IMG/VR virus record: IMGVR_UViG_3300048592_000418
Coordinates: 1 to 64,000 of that record
Length of the DNA stretch: 64,000 bases
Reading direction: 5' to 3' (one strand)
Source of the DNA: a virus
Shown: positions 37,782-47,418 of the stretch, piece after piece
Layout of the letters: every line of letters begins with the position of its first letter
How positions within the stretch are numbered: the first letter of the stretch is position 1
Program-made: the position numbers and the translations under genes
The notes under the pieces: generated by a model
Database searches by the model: none
Told to the model about the DNA's origin: nothing
The model's input: the letters and a program-made list of their open reading frames with translations, nothing else

Positions 37782-38422
37782 ACCTGTCATTTCAACCCCG
37801 TGAAGCTCCGGCCGCAGTCGCGGCGAAGCTCGCCGAAGCGATTCCGTCGCTGAAGGTGAAACAGAAAAAGGTTTGGGGCTGGGAGCTTCAGCTAGAACTT
37901 CCGAACAAGATCACCGTTTCGATCCATTCGTCGCGCGTGCGCAGTGGGTGGGGATCGCGCGGATCTGAAAACGGCGTTCTGGAAAAGATCACCGTCGTTT
38001 ACGATTCTGATTATTACAACGGTTACAAAAGCCGGGACACGTTCCGGCGCTCCGTCCAGTTCAAGCACAACGGCACGCACAACGCTTACGAGGCGACGGA
38101 AGTGAAGATCGATGTCGCAGCGCTGCGCGAAAAACTTTCCGAAGTCATGACATTCGCCGAGCACAACGAAGCGCGGCTGGCGCAACGGCGCGAGACGCTG
38201 ACGGCCGCGGAGCATCACGCGAAAGAGCGCGCGCGGAATTTCAAAGACCGGCTGATCGCGGAAGGCTTGGAAAAATTCCCGGTCAGTCCGTCTGATCTGT
38301 GCATAGAACTGGATCACGACGCGAAGAAGGACATGGATCGGCCGGTGAAAATCGCGCTGCGCATGGACGACGATGACGCGATTCAGGTGATCGCGCTTGT
38401 GAATAAACTGCTGAAAAAATAG
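37778..38422 (+). CDS. Hypothetical protein
   Basis: ATGA-coupled ORF. Confidence 0.7.
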   Translation: MNLSFQPREAPAAVAAKLAEAIPSLKVKQKKVWGWELQLELPNKITVSIHSSRVRSGWGSRGSENGVLEKITVVYDSDYYNGYKSRDTFRRSVQFKHNGTHNAYEATEVKIDVAALREKLSEVMTFAEHNEARLAQRRETLTAAEHHAKERARNFKDRLIAEGLEKFPVSPSDLCIELDHDAKKDMDRPVKIALRMDDDDAIQVIALVNKLLKK

Positions 38423-38464
38423 GCTTGCACGCGTCGCGGCGGGAACCATGAATGGTTCCGCGAC
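38412..38464 (+). promoter_or_regulatory. Class II promoter/operator
   Basis: TTGCAC(38425)-N11-GGAACCATGAATGGTTCC (38442-38459), flanked by GTCGC...GCGAC. Confidence 0.8.
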
Positions 38465-38501
38465 ACGAAAAAATCGAATTCAGCGGAGAACCCGCTAACC
38501 C

Positions 38502-40655
38502 ATGACGACGAACTTAGACGATAAATTCAACCGGCCGGATCCTGTCTTCCGCGCTCCCATTGCGACGGCGCCAGTCTCGAAGGACAAAAACCCGCCGGTC
38601 TGGCCGGAGAAATTCCGCGCCGTGCTGTCCGTGCTGAAGTGGGACGAAGAAGATCTGGAAGTCCCGACGAAATACGGTCCGCGGCTGCTGCGGAAGGCAT
38701 TCCCGACACCGCAGTTTTACGAGCTTTGGCGCGACGAAAAGCCGGCGCTGAAAGAGCTGGGGATCTCGCTCGGACGCAATCCGCGAACGGACGAGTGGGA
38801 AGTTTGCCTGTGGCGCGAACTCCCGAAGGAACGCACTGCCGAGCGCGAAGCGGCGAAGGCGGCAAGCCGCGCGACGGATGCCGTGATCGATGTTCCGAAG
38901 CCGGACGGGCTGGAATATCTCGGCTATCAGCGCGCGGGGATCGCGTTTGGCATGCACCGGCCGGCGACGCTGATCGGCGATGAAATGGGACTGGGGAAGA
39001 CGATTCAGGCAATCGGCATCATGAATGTCGACACGGCCGCGAAGCGGATTCTCGTCCTTTGCCCGGCGTCGCTGAAGCTGAACTGGCACCGCGAGCTGAC
39101 GAAATGGCTCGTTCGGAAGCGCATCATTTTCGTCGGCGACTCGAAGGTTTGCCCGGATCTCGCCGACGGGATCGTGATCATCAATTACGACGTGCTGCAC
39201 AAGCACGCGGACTTCCTGCATTCCGTCGTTTGGGACATCGTTGTTGCGGACGAAGCGCACTACCTGAAGAACCGGAAGGCGCGCCGCTCGGAAATGGTTT
39301 TCGGTTACAAGCCGACGAAGAAGGAAGCGTTCAACGGCGCCGTCGAAAAGCCGGCGATTCAGGCGAAGCGGAAGATCTTCCTGACGGGAACGCCGATTGC
39401 GAACCGCACCGCGGAGCTGTTTCCGATCATTCACTATCTGGATCCGGTTTCATGGCCGACCTTCTTCGGCTACGCGCGGCGCTATTGCGCGGCGACGCAG
39501 GGCGCGCACGGCTGGGACTTTTCCGGCGCGTCGAATCTGGAAGAGCTTCAGGACAAACTTCGGCAAACGATCATGGTTCGCCGGCTGAAAAAAGACGTGC
39601 TGAAGGAACTCCCGCCGAAGCGGCGCCAGATCATCGAAATCCCCGCGGAAAAAGACATGGTTGCGGACATTCGCGCGGAAATGGACGCGTATGATCGCGC
39701 CATGAGCGGCGAGGGGATCGAACAGCTCGAAGTTGAAGCCGAGCTGGCGAAGGCGTCCGACGATCCGGAGGTTTACAAGCGGGCCGTTGAAAAGCTGAAG
39801 AAGGCCGGACAGGCGGCGTTCACGATGATCAGCGCGGTCCGCGCGGCGACGGCGGAGCGCAAGATCCGGATGCAGGCTGTCCGCGATCATCTCGAAGAAG
39901 CCGTTGAGAACAGCGGGAAGGTGATCATTTTCGCGCATCACAAAACCGTCGTTGCCGCGATTCTGGAACAGTTCGGCAACGCGGCCGTGGCAATCGTCGG
40001 CGACACGCCGATGAAGGATCGGCAAGACAACGTTGACCGCTTTCAAAAGGATCCGACGTGCAAGGTGATCGTCGGCTCGTTCGGCGCGATGGGAGTCGGG
40101 CACACGCTGACGGCTTCGAGTCACGTGATCATGGTGGAACTCGACTGGGTTCCCGGCAACGTGACGCAGGCGGAGGATCGCGCGCACCGTATCGGGCAAC
40201 TGGAAAACGTGCTCGTGCAACACTTGGTTCTCGAAGGTTCGCTGGACGCGCGGATCGCGAACAAGATCGTCGAAAAGCAGGACATCATTGATCGCGCGCT
40301 GGACAAAATCACGCTCGCCGCGGCGCCGATCAGCGTTCGGCCGAAGCGGAAGAGCGATGACGCAGCGACGGCCGGCGCGACGCCGGACAAGCTCGCCGAA
40401 GTCGGCGCGAAGCTGACGAACGACCAGATCGCCATGATTCACGAAGGGCTGAAGCGGCTCGCCGGAGTCTGCAACGGCGCCGTGGACTGGGACGGGATGG
40501 GTTTCAGCAAAATCGACACGATGATCGGAAAGTCGCTCGCGTTCTCTGCGTTCCTGTCCCGGAAACAGGCGGCGCTCGGAATGCGCCTGTGCATCAAATA
40601 CCGCGGGCAGCTCGGCGACGGCATGATCGCGCGCATCAAAGGGGACATGGTATGA
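38502..40655 (+). CDS. SNF2 helicase (HARP/SMARCAL1-like)
   Basis: DEMGLGKTIQA, CPASLKLNW, DEAH, LTGTP, RRLKKDVLKELPPK, QAEDRAHRIGQ. Confidence 0.95.
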   Translation: MTTNLDDKFNRPDPVFRAPIATAPVSKDKNPPVWPEKFRAVLSVLKWDEEDLEVPTKYGPRLLRKAFPTPQFYELWRDEKPALKELGISLGRNPRTDEWEVCLWRELPKERTAEREAAKAASRATDAVIDVPKPDGLEYLGYQRAGIAFGMHRPATLIGDEMGLGKTIQAIGIMNVDTAAKRILVLCPASLKLNWHRELTKWLVRKRIIFVGDSKVCPDLADGIVIINYDVLHKHADFLHSVVWDIVVADEAHYLKNRKARRSEMVFGYKPTKKEAFNGAVEKPAIQAKRKIFLTGTPIANRTAELFPIIHYLDPVSWPTFFGYARRYCAATQGAHGWDFSGASNLEELQDKLRQTIMVRRLKKDVLKELPPKRRQIIEIPAEKDMVADIRAEMDAYDRAMSGEGIEQLEVEAELAKASDDPEVYKRAVEKLKKAGQAAFTMISAVRAATAERKIRMQAVRDHLEEAVENSGKVIIFAHHKTVVAAILEQFGNAAVAIVGDTPMKDRQDNVDRFQKDPTCKVIVGSFGAMGVGHTLTASSHVIMVELDWVPGNVTQAEDRAHRIGQLENVLVQHLVLEGSLDARIANKIVEKQDIIDRALDKITLAAAPISVRPKRKSDDAATAGATPDKLAEVGAKLTNDQIAMIHEGLKRLAGVCNGAVDWDGMGFSKIDTMIGKSLAFSAFLSRKQAALGMRLCIKYRGQLGDGMIARIKGDMV

Positions 40656-41062
40656 CGATCACGGCGGAAATGCAGCGCGCAATTGAACGCGCTCGGCACA
40701 ACGGCGGAAAGCTGAAGCGGCTTGTCGGCGGCTACTGGATCGGCGTGAACGATTCGGTTTCCGGCGGACACTTCAGCACGCGCACCGTTGAAGCGCTCGT
40801 GTCTCGCGGAGTCATGATCTACTCGGCGAAGCGCAGCGGCCGGAACGGCGAGTTCCCCGTTGAAGCTACGCTGAAGGAAATCGCGCAGAAGGTGGGCGCC
40901 GAGCCGGTGATCGGAACGCGGCGGGCCGGCGCGGCACGGTTCAGCAAGGGCGCGCGGGAAGCCATTGCCGACTTGCGCGGCGTCACGGACGAGACGCCGG
41001 CGCGAAGCATCGAACGCGAGCCGAAGCGAATCGGGGATTTGCTTCCCGGACTGGACGCATGA
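40652..41062 (+). CDS. Hypothetical protein
   Basis: ATGA-coupled; GGYW...TVEALVSRG. Confidence 0.65.
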   Translation: MTITAEMQRAIERARHNGGKLKRLVGGYWIGVNDSVSGGHFSTRTVEALVSRGVMIYSAKRSGRNGEFPVEATLKEIAQKVGAEPVIGTRRAGAARFSKGAREAIADLRGVTDETPARSIEREPKRIGDLLPGLDA

Positions 41063-41523
41063 GCAAGCCGCGAATGAACGAGCAAACGTCTCGGCTTTCC
41101 GAGACGCTGCTTCACATGGCACCGGGCGAATGCGGAGTGTGCAAGCGCACGGCGAGCGATCCGGACGTGAAGCGCATGGAACTTTGGCAGGAACACGATC
41201 ACAACGATAAGCCGGAACAGCGGTTCGTTTGGTTGTGCGACACGTGCGCAGGACATATTATCGATCCGCATCCGCGGCTTTACGCGCGACTGGATCCGAA
41301 CGCGCCGGCGCCGGGCGCAATGGAGATTTGCCGGAAGTGCGTCCATCGCCGCGGCTGGAAATGCACGCAGACAAAGGCGAGCGGCGGGCCGGGGATCGTC
41401 GTGAACGCAACGAAGGGGATGACGGTTCACATTGACGGCACGAAGAACGGGAAGCGATTCGGATTCTGGCACACGACATTTCCCGCTCCGCCGAGCGGAT
41501 GCACCGGACGAAAGGAACGATGA
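41059..41523 (+). CDS. Cys-rich HNH-like protein
   Basis: CGVC, WQEHDH, LCDTC, CRKC. Confidence 0.55.
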   Translation: MSKPRMNEQTSRLSETLLHMAPGECGVCKRTASDPDVKRMELWQEHDHNDKPEQRFVWLCDTCAGHIIDPHPRLYARLDPNAPAPGAMEICRKCVHRRGWKCTQTKASGGPGIVVNATKGMTVHIDGTKNGKRFGFWHTTFPAPPSGCTGRKER

Positions 41524-41885
41524 AAACGATCAGCGATCATTTTGACAAAGCGCTTCAGGGCTGGGGCGGGACGCCGGTGGCAACGTGTCAATGCGGCCGG
41601 ATTCACTTCGCGGAGAGCGGCGAAAACATGGATCCCGGCGAGCTGGACGCGCTGAAGGCGAAGCGCAAGGCGGACCCGAGCAAATACATCACAGCGGAAG
41701 GCGATGGCGTCGGCGTGATCACCTTCAACGGCGTCACGCACGTCTGGAATTGTCCGTGCGAATCGCTCGCGCGGATCGAAGAATGGATTTGGGCGCATCG
41801 CGAGACGATCACGCGTTACCTGCGCGCGCGACTGGACGCCGAAGCGAAGGCGGCAACGGAACAGGCGGAGCGGCTGAAGCTATGA
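41520..41885 (+). CDS. Hypothetical protein
   Basis: CQCGRIHF...CPC. Confidence 0.65.
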   Translation: MKTISDHFDKALQGWGGTPVATCQCGRIHFAESGENMDPGELDALKAKRKADPSKYITAEGDGVGVITFNGVTHVWNCPCESLARIEEWIWAHRETITRYLRARLDAEAKAATEQAERLKL

Positions 41886-42226
41886 TTCCCGACGCCGATT
41901 CATTCCTGAAGCTGATTTCAAATCGCGAGCAAGTGATCGCCGCGATCCTCGCGGACATGGATTCATGCGCGAAGAACGCCGAAGCGTTCGCGAAGCTGTG
42001 CGAGCTGTTCGACGCGGGAAAGGAAGTCAGCACGGAAAAGGCGTTGAAGGCGGCGGCGAAGTCGCTGCGGCACTCGAACGAGGTAAACCGGCGCATGATG
42101 TTTCTGCTGCTGGTTTACGTCAGCGGAAGTCACTTCACCGGCGACGCGGCCGGCATCATGGTAAAGCTCGGACGCGGGGAAGAAGCGCTGAAGGCCGTTT
42201 TCGACCAAAAGCTGAAGGGCCGCTGA
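41882..42226 (+). CDS. Hypothetical protein
   Basis: ATGA-coupled ORF. Confidence 0.65.
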   Translation: MIPDADSFLKLISNREQVIAAILADMDSCAKNAEAFAKLCELFDAGKEVSTEKALKAAAKSLRHSNEVNRRMMFLLLVYVSGSHFTGDAAGIMVKLGRGEEALKAVFDQKLKGR

Positions 42227-42319
42227 TGGTCGCGATTCGTGAACAGTTCAGTCCGCCGAGCGAAACGCGCCGAGCATGGCGCCGGTTCGTGCAAGCGCTC
42301 GCGCGTTTGTGTTGGCGCC

Positions 42320-42367
42320 TGAAATTAGGGCTTTACTTGTGCTCACGCTGGAACCATTCATGGTTCC
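42320..42367 (+). promoter_or_regulatory. Class II promoter/operator
   Basis: TTTACT(42332)-N12-GGAACCATTCATGGTTCC, the exact reverse complement of the 38442 site. Confidence 0.8.
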
Positions 42368-42383
42368 GAATTACGAAACGAAA

Positions 42384-44483
42384 ATGAAAACGACACCGAT
42401 TATCGCTCAAGTTTGGGCGACAGCGTTCGCCGGCGCGCCGTCAGAATGGCCGGAATGGTTCGCGCTTTGGTATGACACGAACACGCCGATTCCGCGTTGC
42501 ACGGAGCCGAGCGCGAACATTCTCGAATCACTCGCGGAAGAATTCCGCGAAGGCGATGAAGCGGCCGGCGAGGTTCGCGCGACATGCCTGAACTGGCAGC
42601 GCGATCCGTGCTTCGATCTGACGGAATATGATCACGTCGCGAAATGGATCGGTTCGCGTGCGTGGACTGCCGTTCATCAGTGGGAAGACGCTTGGCAAAC
42701 CTACTGGCAGCAAAAGAAGGCTCGCGGCGAGGAAGTCGCTCGCGAAATGTTTTTTCACTGGCGCGAGACATTCGCCAACGAAGCCGTCGCGCGCTTCCTC
42801 AAAAACGCAAAGCATCCGTCATCATGGCATCATTCGACAAAACGATCCTCATCGGGAATCTCGTCCGGGATCCCGAACTCCGCGTCACGCCGAAAGGCAC
42901 CCCGATCTGTCAGTTCGGGATCGCCATCAATCACACGTATCAGCTCGAAAGTGGAGAAAAGCGCGAAGAAGTCGTCTTTCTCGACTGCGAATGCTGGGGA
43001 AAGCGTGGCGAGACAATCGCGAAATACTTCACGAAAGGAAAACCGATCCTTGTCGAGGGCCGGCACAAGCTCGAACAGTGGGAAGACAAAAACACGAAGC
43101 AAAAGCGCAGCCGGATCAAAATCGTCGTTGAACAGTTCCGCTTCGTTGACTCCGCTCGTTCACGCGAAGACGGCGACGGCGGCGGCGACGAAGACGACGA
43201 TCACCGGACGCCGGCGCGCAGTTCTGGCGGGAGCGCTCCCGGCCGCGGATCAGGCGCGTCTAGACCCGCAAGCAACGAAAATCTCGACGAAGACGTTCCC
43301 TTCTGATCATGGATCCAAACGCAACGACGGTGGAGATCGAAGCGGCGCGCCTGTCGCGGGAACAGTCGCTTCAGATCGGGACGACTCACGACGCGCTGAC
43401 GCGAGTCATGCGGGTTCTGGATTGCACGCCGGCGACGGCCGCGGGACTTCTGCGGCAAGCCTTCCTTCGGGACATGGCGAAACCGCCGGCGCAACGGGAA
43501 GGGCTGGCGAACTCGCTCGCGGCCGTGATGGCAGCGCGGTTCCCGCTGCTGATGCGGGACAAAAACGGCCGGCTGACGCTGGCGCGCTGATCCATGAACC
43601 CGGAAGCATGGAAACCGATAAACCCGGAGCCGCCGGGCGAGCCGATGATCGTTCACAAGGGCCGGAGCACGGGGAAAAGCGTGCTGATGGTGGGCGCGAA
43701 CTTCGGCAAATCGGAAACGCTGCGGCAGCAAGTCGCGGCGCTGCTGGCAGCGGATCACCGGCTGTTCGTGGTTCCGCAGAACCCGCCGGCGGAAGTGCTC
43801 GAAGCGCTGCGGGCGGAGCGCGCGAGGGAAGCGGAGCACTGGATCTTCCGGGACGAGCTGAAGACGCCGGCGGAAATCCGGGCGCTGCTGGGTCGCGAAG
43901 TGGTGATCGTGGCGCACGAAGCAAACCCGATGATCACGGCGGAAAGCATCCTCGCGGCGAAAGAAAAACTGATGCAGGAACCGCCGGCGTTTCAAAAGAT
44001 CGTCGCGGAGCGGATCCCGATCAGCGCGGACACAAACGCAACCGAACCTTGGCCGGAGCCGTCGGACAAGCCGGCGAAACGGCCGCGGGGATTCGCGAAG
44101 GCGAAGGGCTGGAAGGCAAAGCAGCGGGCGAAGCGAAAGGCGCAACGTCGGGCAAGGCAGCGCGCGCGCGGCTGAAGTGGGAATTCGAGGCGCCGCTTTA
44201 CACCGGCGACGAACGAGCGCGGGGCGCATGCATCAAAGCGACGGACGCGGCCGGGAAGCTCGTTCACTGGATCCCGCTCGGCGCCTATCCGTCGGACTCG
44301 CATCAGGCGAGCGCGCGCGAAATGGTCCGGCTGCTGAACGACGCGGAAGACATGCGGGCGCCGGTTCCGGAGCTGGAAGGCTCGTTTCCGCTCGTCCTTT
44401 ACTTCGGCAGTCAGGCGGACGCGGACGAGTTCACGCGCATCGCGCAGGCGGCACAACCCGGATTGACGGCGAAGCAGCTATGA
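42384..44483 (+). CDS. Trp-rich protein whose frame stays open across ssb and two more genes
   Basis: ATG after promoter and ACGAA leader; protein-like to ~42820 and again from 44172. Confidence 0.45.
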   Translation: MKTTPIIAQVWATAFAGAPSEWPEWFALWYDTNTPIPRCTEPSANILESLAEEFREGDEAAGEVRATCLNWQRDPCFDLTEYDHVAKWIGSRAWTAVHQWEDAWQTYWQQKKARGEEVAREMFFHWRETFANEAVARFLKNAKHPSSWHHSTKRSSSGISSGIPNSASRRKAPRSVSSGSPSITRISSKVEKSAKKSSFSTANAGESVARQSRNTSRKENRSLSRAGTSSNSGKTKTRSKSAAGSKSSLNSSASLTPLVHAKTATAAATKTTITGRRRAVLAGALPAADQARLDPQATKISTKTFPSDHGSKRNDGGDRSGAPVAGTVASDRDDSRRADASHAGSGLHAGDGRGTSAASLPSGHGETAGATGRAGELARGRDGSAVPAADAGQKRPADAGALIHEPGSMETDKPGAAGRADDRSQGPEHGEKRADGGRELRQIGNAAAASRGAAGSGSPAVRGSAEPAGGSARSAAGGAREGSGALDLPGRAEDAGGNPGAAGSRSGDRGARSKPDDHGGKHPRGERKTDAGTAGVSKDRRGADPDQRGHKRNRTLAGAVGQAGETAAGIREGEGLEGKAAGEAKGATSGKAARARLKWEFEAPLYTGDERARGACIKATDAAGKLVHWIPLGAYPSDSHQASAREMVRLLNDAEDMRAPVPELEGSFPLVLYFGSQADADEFTRIAQAAQPGLTAKQL
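42824..43306 (+). CDS. ssb: Single-stranded DNA-binding protein
   Basis: ILIGNLVRDPELRVTPKG...KGKPILVEGR...DEDVPF. Confidence 0.97.
   Translation: MASFDKTILIGNLVRDPELRVTPKGTPICQFGIAINHTYQLESGEKREEVVFLDCECWGKRGETIAKYFTKGKPILVEGRHKLEQWEDKNTKQKRSRIKIVVEQFRFVDSARSREDGDGGGDEDDDHRTPARSSGGSAPGRGSGASRPASNENLDEDVPF
43309..43590 (+). CDS. Hypothetical protein
   Basis: ORF directly after ssb. Confidence 0.6.
   Translation: MDPNATTVEIEAARLSREQSLQIGTTHDALTRVMRVLDCTPATAAGLLRQAFLRDMAKPPAQREGLANSLAAVMAARFPLLMRDKNGRLTLAR
43594..44175 (+). CDS. Hypothetical protein with basic C-terminus
   Basis: Ends KAKQRAKRKAQRRARQRARG. Confidence 0.6.
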   Translation: MNPEAWKPINPEPPGEPMIVHKGRSTGKSVLMVGANFGKSETLRQQVAALLAADHRLFVVPQNPPAEVLEALRAERAREAEHWIFRDELKTPAEIRALLGREVVIVAHEANPMITAESILAAKEKLMQEPPAFQKIVAERIPISADTNATEPWPEPSDKPAKRPRGFAKAKGWKAKQRAKRKAQRRARQRARG

Positions 44484-44725
44484 CGGAAGCCGAACCTGTC
44501 CTTCGCATGCCGGAACACCGGGCGCGCGTCCATCGCTACCGGCGCGCCGGCGGAACGCGTCAGGAATGGCGCTGTGCGGCCGGCTGCGGCTTTCACGCGG
44601 CCGGAAGCACGGAAGGCGATGCACTGTTTAACATGCGCCAGCATTTCGACGGGAAAACGTGCTGCGCTCTCACAACGGGCATGAAGGCGACGGGCCGATT
44701 TATGCCACCCGCGAGCTTCCAATGA
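44480..44725 (+). CDS. Small Cys-containing hypothetical protein
   Basis: ATGA-coupled ORF. Confidence 0.55.
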   Translation: MTEAEPVLRMPEHRARVHRYRRAGGTRQEWRCAAGCGFHAAGSTEGDALFNMRQHFDGKTCCALTTGMKATGRFMPPASFQ

Positions 44726-45228
44726 AGAACGAGTGCGTTTTTTCACCGTGCCGCGGCTGGCGTTACACGCTCGAACACGTGATCGAAGAAGCTCCGCCGC
44801 TGATCGCCGCTCGGCGCATGCAATGGATCGGGCTGAATCCGAGCACGGCGGACGAGAACGAGCTGGACAACACGCTTCGTCGCGTCCGCGCGTTCTCACT
44901 CGCGGCCGGATTCGGCGGGTTCATCATGACGAACGTGTTCGCATGGCGCGCGACGAAGCCGGCGGACATGAAGAAGCAGCCGGATCCCATCGGGCCGGAG
45001 AACGACGCTTGGCTGATGCGCGTCGCCGAGCGCTGCGAAGCTCACGTTGCATGCTGGGGAGGCATCGCGAATTTCCCGCGCGCTCTCCGGCCGCGGGCGG
45101 CGACTGTGCGGCTGATGTTCTCGCGCGCGAATCGGCCGTTGCTGTGCCTGAAGATTGCCGCGGACGGATCGCCGTGGCATCCGCTTTACGTTGACGGCGA
45201 CACGCCGCTTAAACCCTACGTGATATGA
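44722..45228 (+). CDS. DUF1643 family protein
   Basis: FSPCRGWRYTL, IGLNPSTAD, NVFAWRATKP, IGPENDAWL, ACWG, PWHPLY. Confidence 0.92.
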   Translation: MKNECVFSPCRGWRYTLEHVIEEAPPLIAARRMQWIGLNPSTADENELDNTLRRVRAFSLAAGFGGFIMTNVFAWRATKPADMKKQPDPIGPENDAWLMRVAERCEAHVACWGGIANFPRALRPRAATVRLMFSRANRPLLCLKIAADGSPWHPLYVDGDTPLKPYVI

Positions 45229-45473
45229 AAACGGTGAAGATCCTTTCGTCTCGAAGCACGATGGACGGCGAAGAACGTCGCGCGCTCGCACTCGCCGAAG
45301 CGCTCGGCGTCGTTGCGACGAAGGCGAGGAAAAAGGCGCGCGACATAATTCCGATTGCGTGCGTTGAAGTCGCGAAGCGCTTCCCGGCCGGGACTGATTT
45401 CAGGAAGGATCTCACGTCGCGAGCTGAAGCGCGTCAGCTTGTCGAACAGCTTCAACGCGCGACAAAATCATGA
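45225..45473 (+). CDS. Hypothetical protein
   Basis: ATGA-coupled ORF. Confidence 0.55.
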   Translation: MKTVKILSSRSTMDGEERRALALAEALGVVATKARKKARDIIPIACVEVAKRFPAGTDFRKDLTSRAEARQLVEQLQRATKS

Positions 45474-46003
45474 TGAACGAAAACGAACACTTGCTGACCG
45501 TGCTCGGCGAAGAAGGCGGCGAAGTCGCCAAAGAATGCGCGAAGGCGCTGCGCTTCGGCATTGCCGACAAGCTGACGCTGGATCCGGAAGGGCCGCGCGG
45601 GACGGAAGGTCCGACGAACGCGGAAAAGATCGTTGCCGAGCTGAACGACTTGCTCGGCGTCGCGCGCATGCTTGTTTCCCGCGGCGTCATCCCGGCGGGC
45701 TGGGAAAGCGAGGCGCGCCAGCAGCGGAAGATCCGGCGCGTGATCCAATACATGAATTACGCTGTCAGGGTGGACGCGCTCCGCGATTTTACGGTTCGCG
45801 ACGCAATCGAAGTTGAAGCGCTTCCCATCGCGCCGGGCGCGTTGACGACGCGGACCGGCGACAAGATCACGCACGTCGGAATGGACGTGCTCGGCATTCA
45901 TGCCGGCGAAGACGATTGCGCATGCATCGCGGACACGAACGGCACGCACTGGGCAACGGGCGACAAAGACGGCCGCAAGGTCCGCGTGCGCGTTCAGAAC
46001 TGA
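45470..46003 (+). CDS. MazG-like nucleotide pyrophosphohydrolase domain protein
   Basis: LGEEGGEVAKECAKALRFG...AELNDL. Confidence 0.7.
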   Translation: MMNENEHLLTVLGEEGGEVAKECAKALRFGIADKLTLDPEGPRGTEGPTNAEKIVAELNDLLGVARMLVSRGVIPAGWESEARQQRKIRRVIQYMNYAVRVDALRDFTVRDAIEVEALPIAPGALTTRTGDKITHVGMDVLGIHAGEDDCACIADTNGTHWATGDKDGRKVRVRVQN

Positions 46004-46013
46004 GTTTTTCACC

Positions 46014-46232
46014 ATGAACACAATCGCAAAGCAGCTTGTCGCGGACATGGGCGCCGCGTTGATCGGCCGTGAGATTCACACGATTCCGTTCGGCGCATAT
46101 CCCGGCGGAGTCGCGAAGGTGACGGAGCTGACGCCGGATCCGCAGGCGCCGGAAATCGTCATGCAAGTCGAACACCCGACGTTCGGATCCATCGGCGTGT
46201 TCGAGGACGAACCCGTTGAACTCGCTTCATGA
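46014..46232 (+). CDS. Hypothetical protein
   Basis: ATG 46014, coupled to the next gene. Confidence 0.6.
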   Translation: MNTIAKQLVADMGAALIGREIHTIPFGAYPGGVAKVTELTPDPQAPEIVMQVEHPTFGSIGVFEDEPVELAS

Positions 46233-47146
46233 AGTCTGAAACGGGCGGGAAGAAGGTCGCGGAATTCGTTTTCGCATACAAGGGACCGGAGACGCAGCGC
46301 GCGCCGGAAGGCGAGCACGCGGAACCCGATGAAGACAGGAAGCCGCTTCCGCTCGTCCGCGATCAGAAATGCCGGATCGCCGTTTACGTCGTCTCGAAGC
46401 TGAAGGAAACGGATTCGCCACCCCATGAAACCGGCGAGTCATATTTCCGTCTGGAATGCGACGCGCCGAAGATGCGGCTCGAAGGAACGGACATCGAACT
46501 TTTGAGGAAGGAAGCGTTCGGCCGGTGCAATGAGCATTACGCGACGAAATGGGAACCCTACTTCATCGTTGAAGTTCGGCGCATCGGATTCTCGAACGGC
46601 TACGGGACGGATCTGGATTTTTGCTATCGCGAATGCTGGAAGGGAACCGCGCATGACGGGACGCTTTTACTGAAGGATCGCCACTGGGGAGAGCGTGACG
46701 AAAAGATCAGCGCATGGCCGGGCGAATTCCGGGACCGCGAAGGCAAGGTGATCGCGTGCATCCCGAAGACGCCGGCGAACAAGGTCGCGCTGGAACAGTT
46801 CACCGCGAAGATTGATCAGATTCGCGGCGCGCTCGCCGACATGCTGCGGCCGGAACTGATCATGCATACGCTTTTGAATCAGAATCAGCTCGCGCTTCGC
46901 GCGCCGAAGACGGCGCCGGCCGAATACGTGACGCACGCGCCAGTTCCGAACGAGATCACGGAGGAAATGATCGCACAGGTGACGGAGGCGATCCGCACTT
47001 CGGGGAAGGCGCACATTCACACGGCATTCGTTCAGCGGCGTTTGAAAATCGGATGGCTGCGCGGTCAGCGCGTGATTGAAGAGCTGAAGAAGCGATCCAT
47101 TCTCGGCGACGAAACAGCGGCCGGTTTTATTATTCTTGCATCATGA
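46229..47146 (+). CDS. Hypothetical protein with C-terminal FtsK gamma-like winged helix
   Basis: EEMIAQVTEAIRTSGKA..TAFVQRRLKIGWLRGQRVIEELKKRSILG. Confidence 0.75.
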   Translation: MKSETGGKKVAEFVFAYKGPETQRAPEGEHAEPDEDRKPLPLVRDQKCRIAVYVVSKLKETDSPPHETGESYFRLECDAPKMRLEGTDIELLRKEAFGRCNEHYATKWEPYFIVEVRRIGFSNGYGTDLDFCYRECWKGTAHDGTLLLKDRHWGERDEKISAWPGEFRDREGKVIACIPKTPANKVALEQFTAKIDQIRGALADMLRPELIMHTLLNQNQLALRAPKTAPAEYVTHAPVPNEITEEMIAQVTEAIRTSGKAHIHTAFVQRRLKIGWLRGQRVIEELKKRSILGDETAAGFIILAS

Positions 47147-47418
47147 AGACGAAAAAACATCCCGAACCCGTCGTTGATCTTCGCGATTGTCCGCTGTGCG
47201 GCGCCGGCAATGCCGACGGCGAAAACAACGTGCGATTTAGCGCGCAGGTTTTCGGCACGATTCACAGCCGGCCGACGCATTCGGACATTGATCCGCCGAA
47301 TCACTTCTTCCAAGCCTGTCAAATGGTCCGGTGCAACGTCTGCGGAATCACGCTGATCGATACGCGTGATGCGAAGAAGGAATGGAACGAAGGGCGCGGC
47401 CGTTACTCGCGAAAATGA
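47143..47418 (+). CDS. Lar-like Zn-ribbon protein
   Basis: LRDCPLCG...VRCNVCG...AKKEWN. Confidence 0.6.
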   Translation: MKTKKHPEPVVDLRDCPLCGAGNADGENNVRFSAQVFGTIHSRPTHSDIDPPNHFFQACQMVRCNVCGITLIDTRDAKKEWNEGRGRYSRK

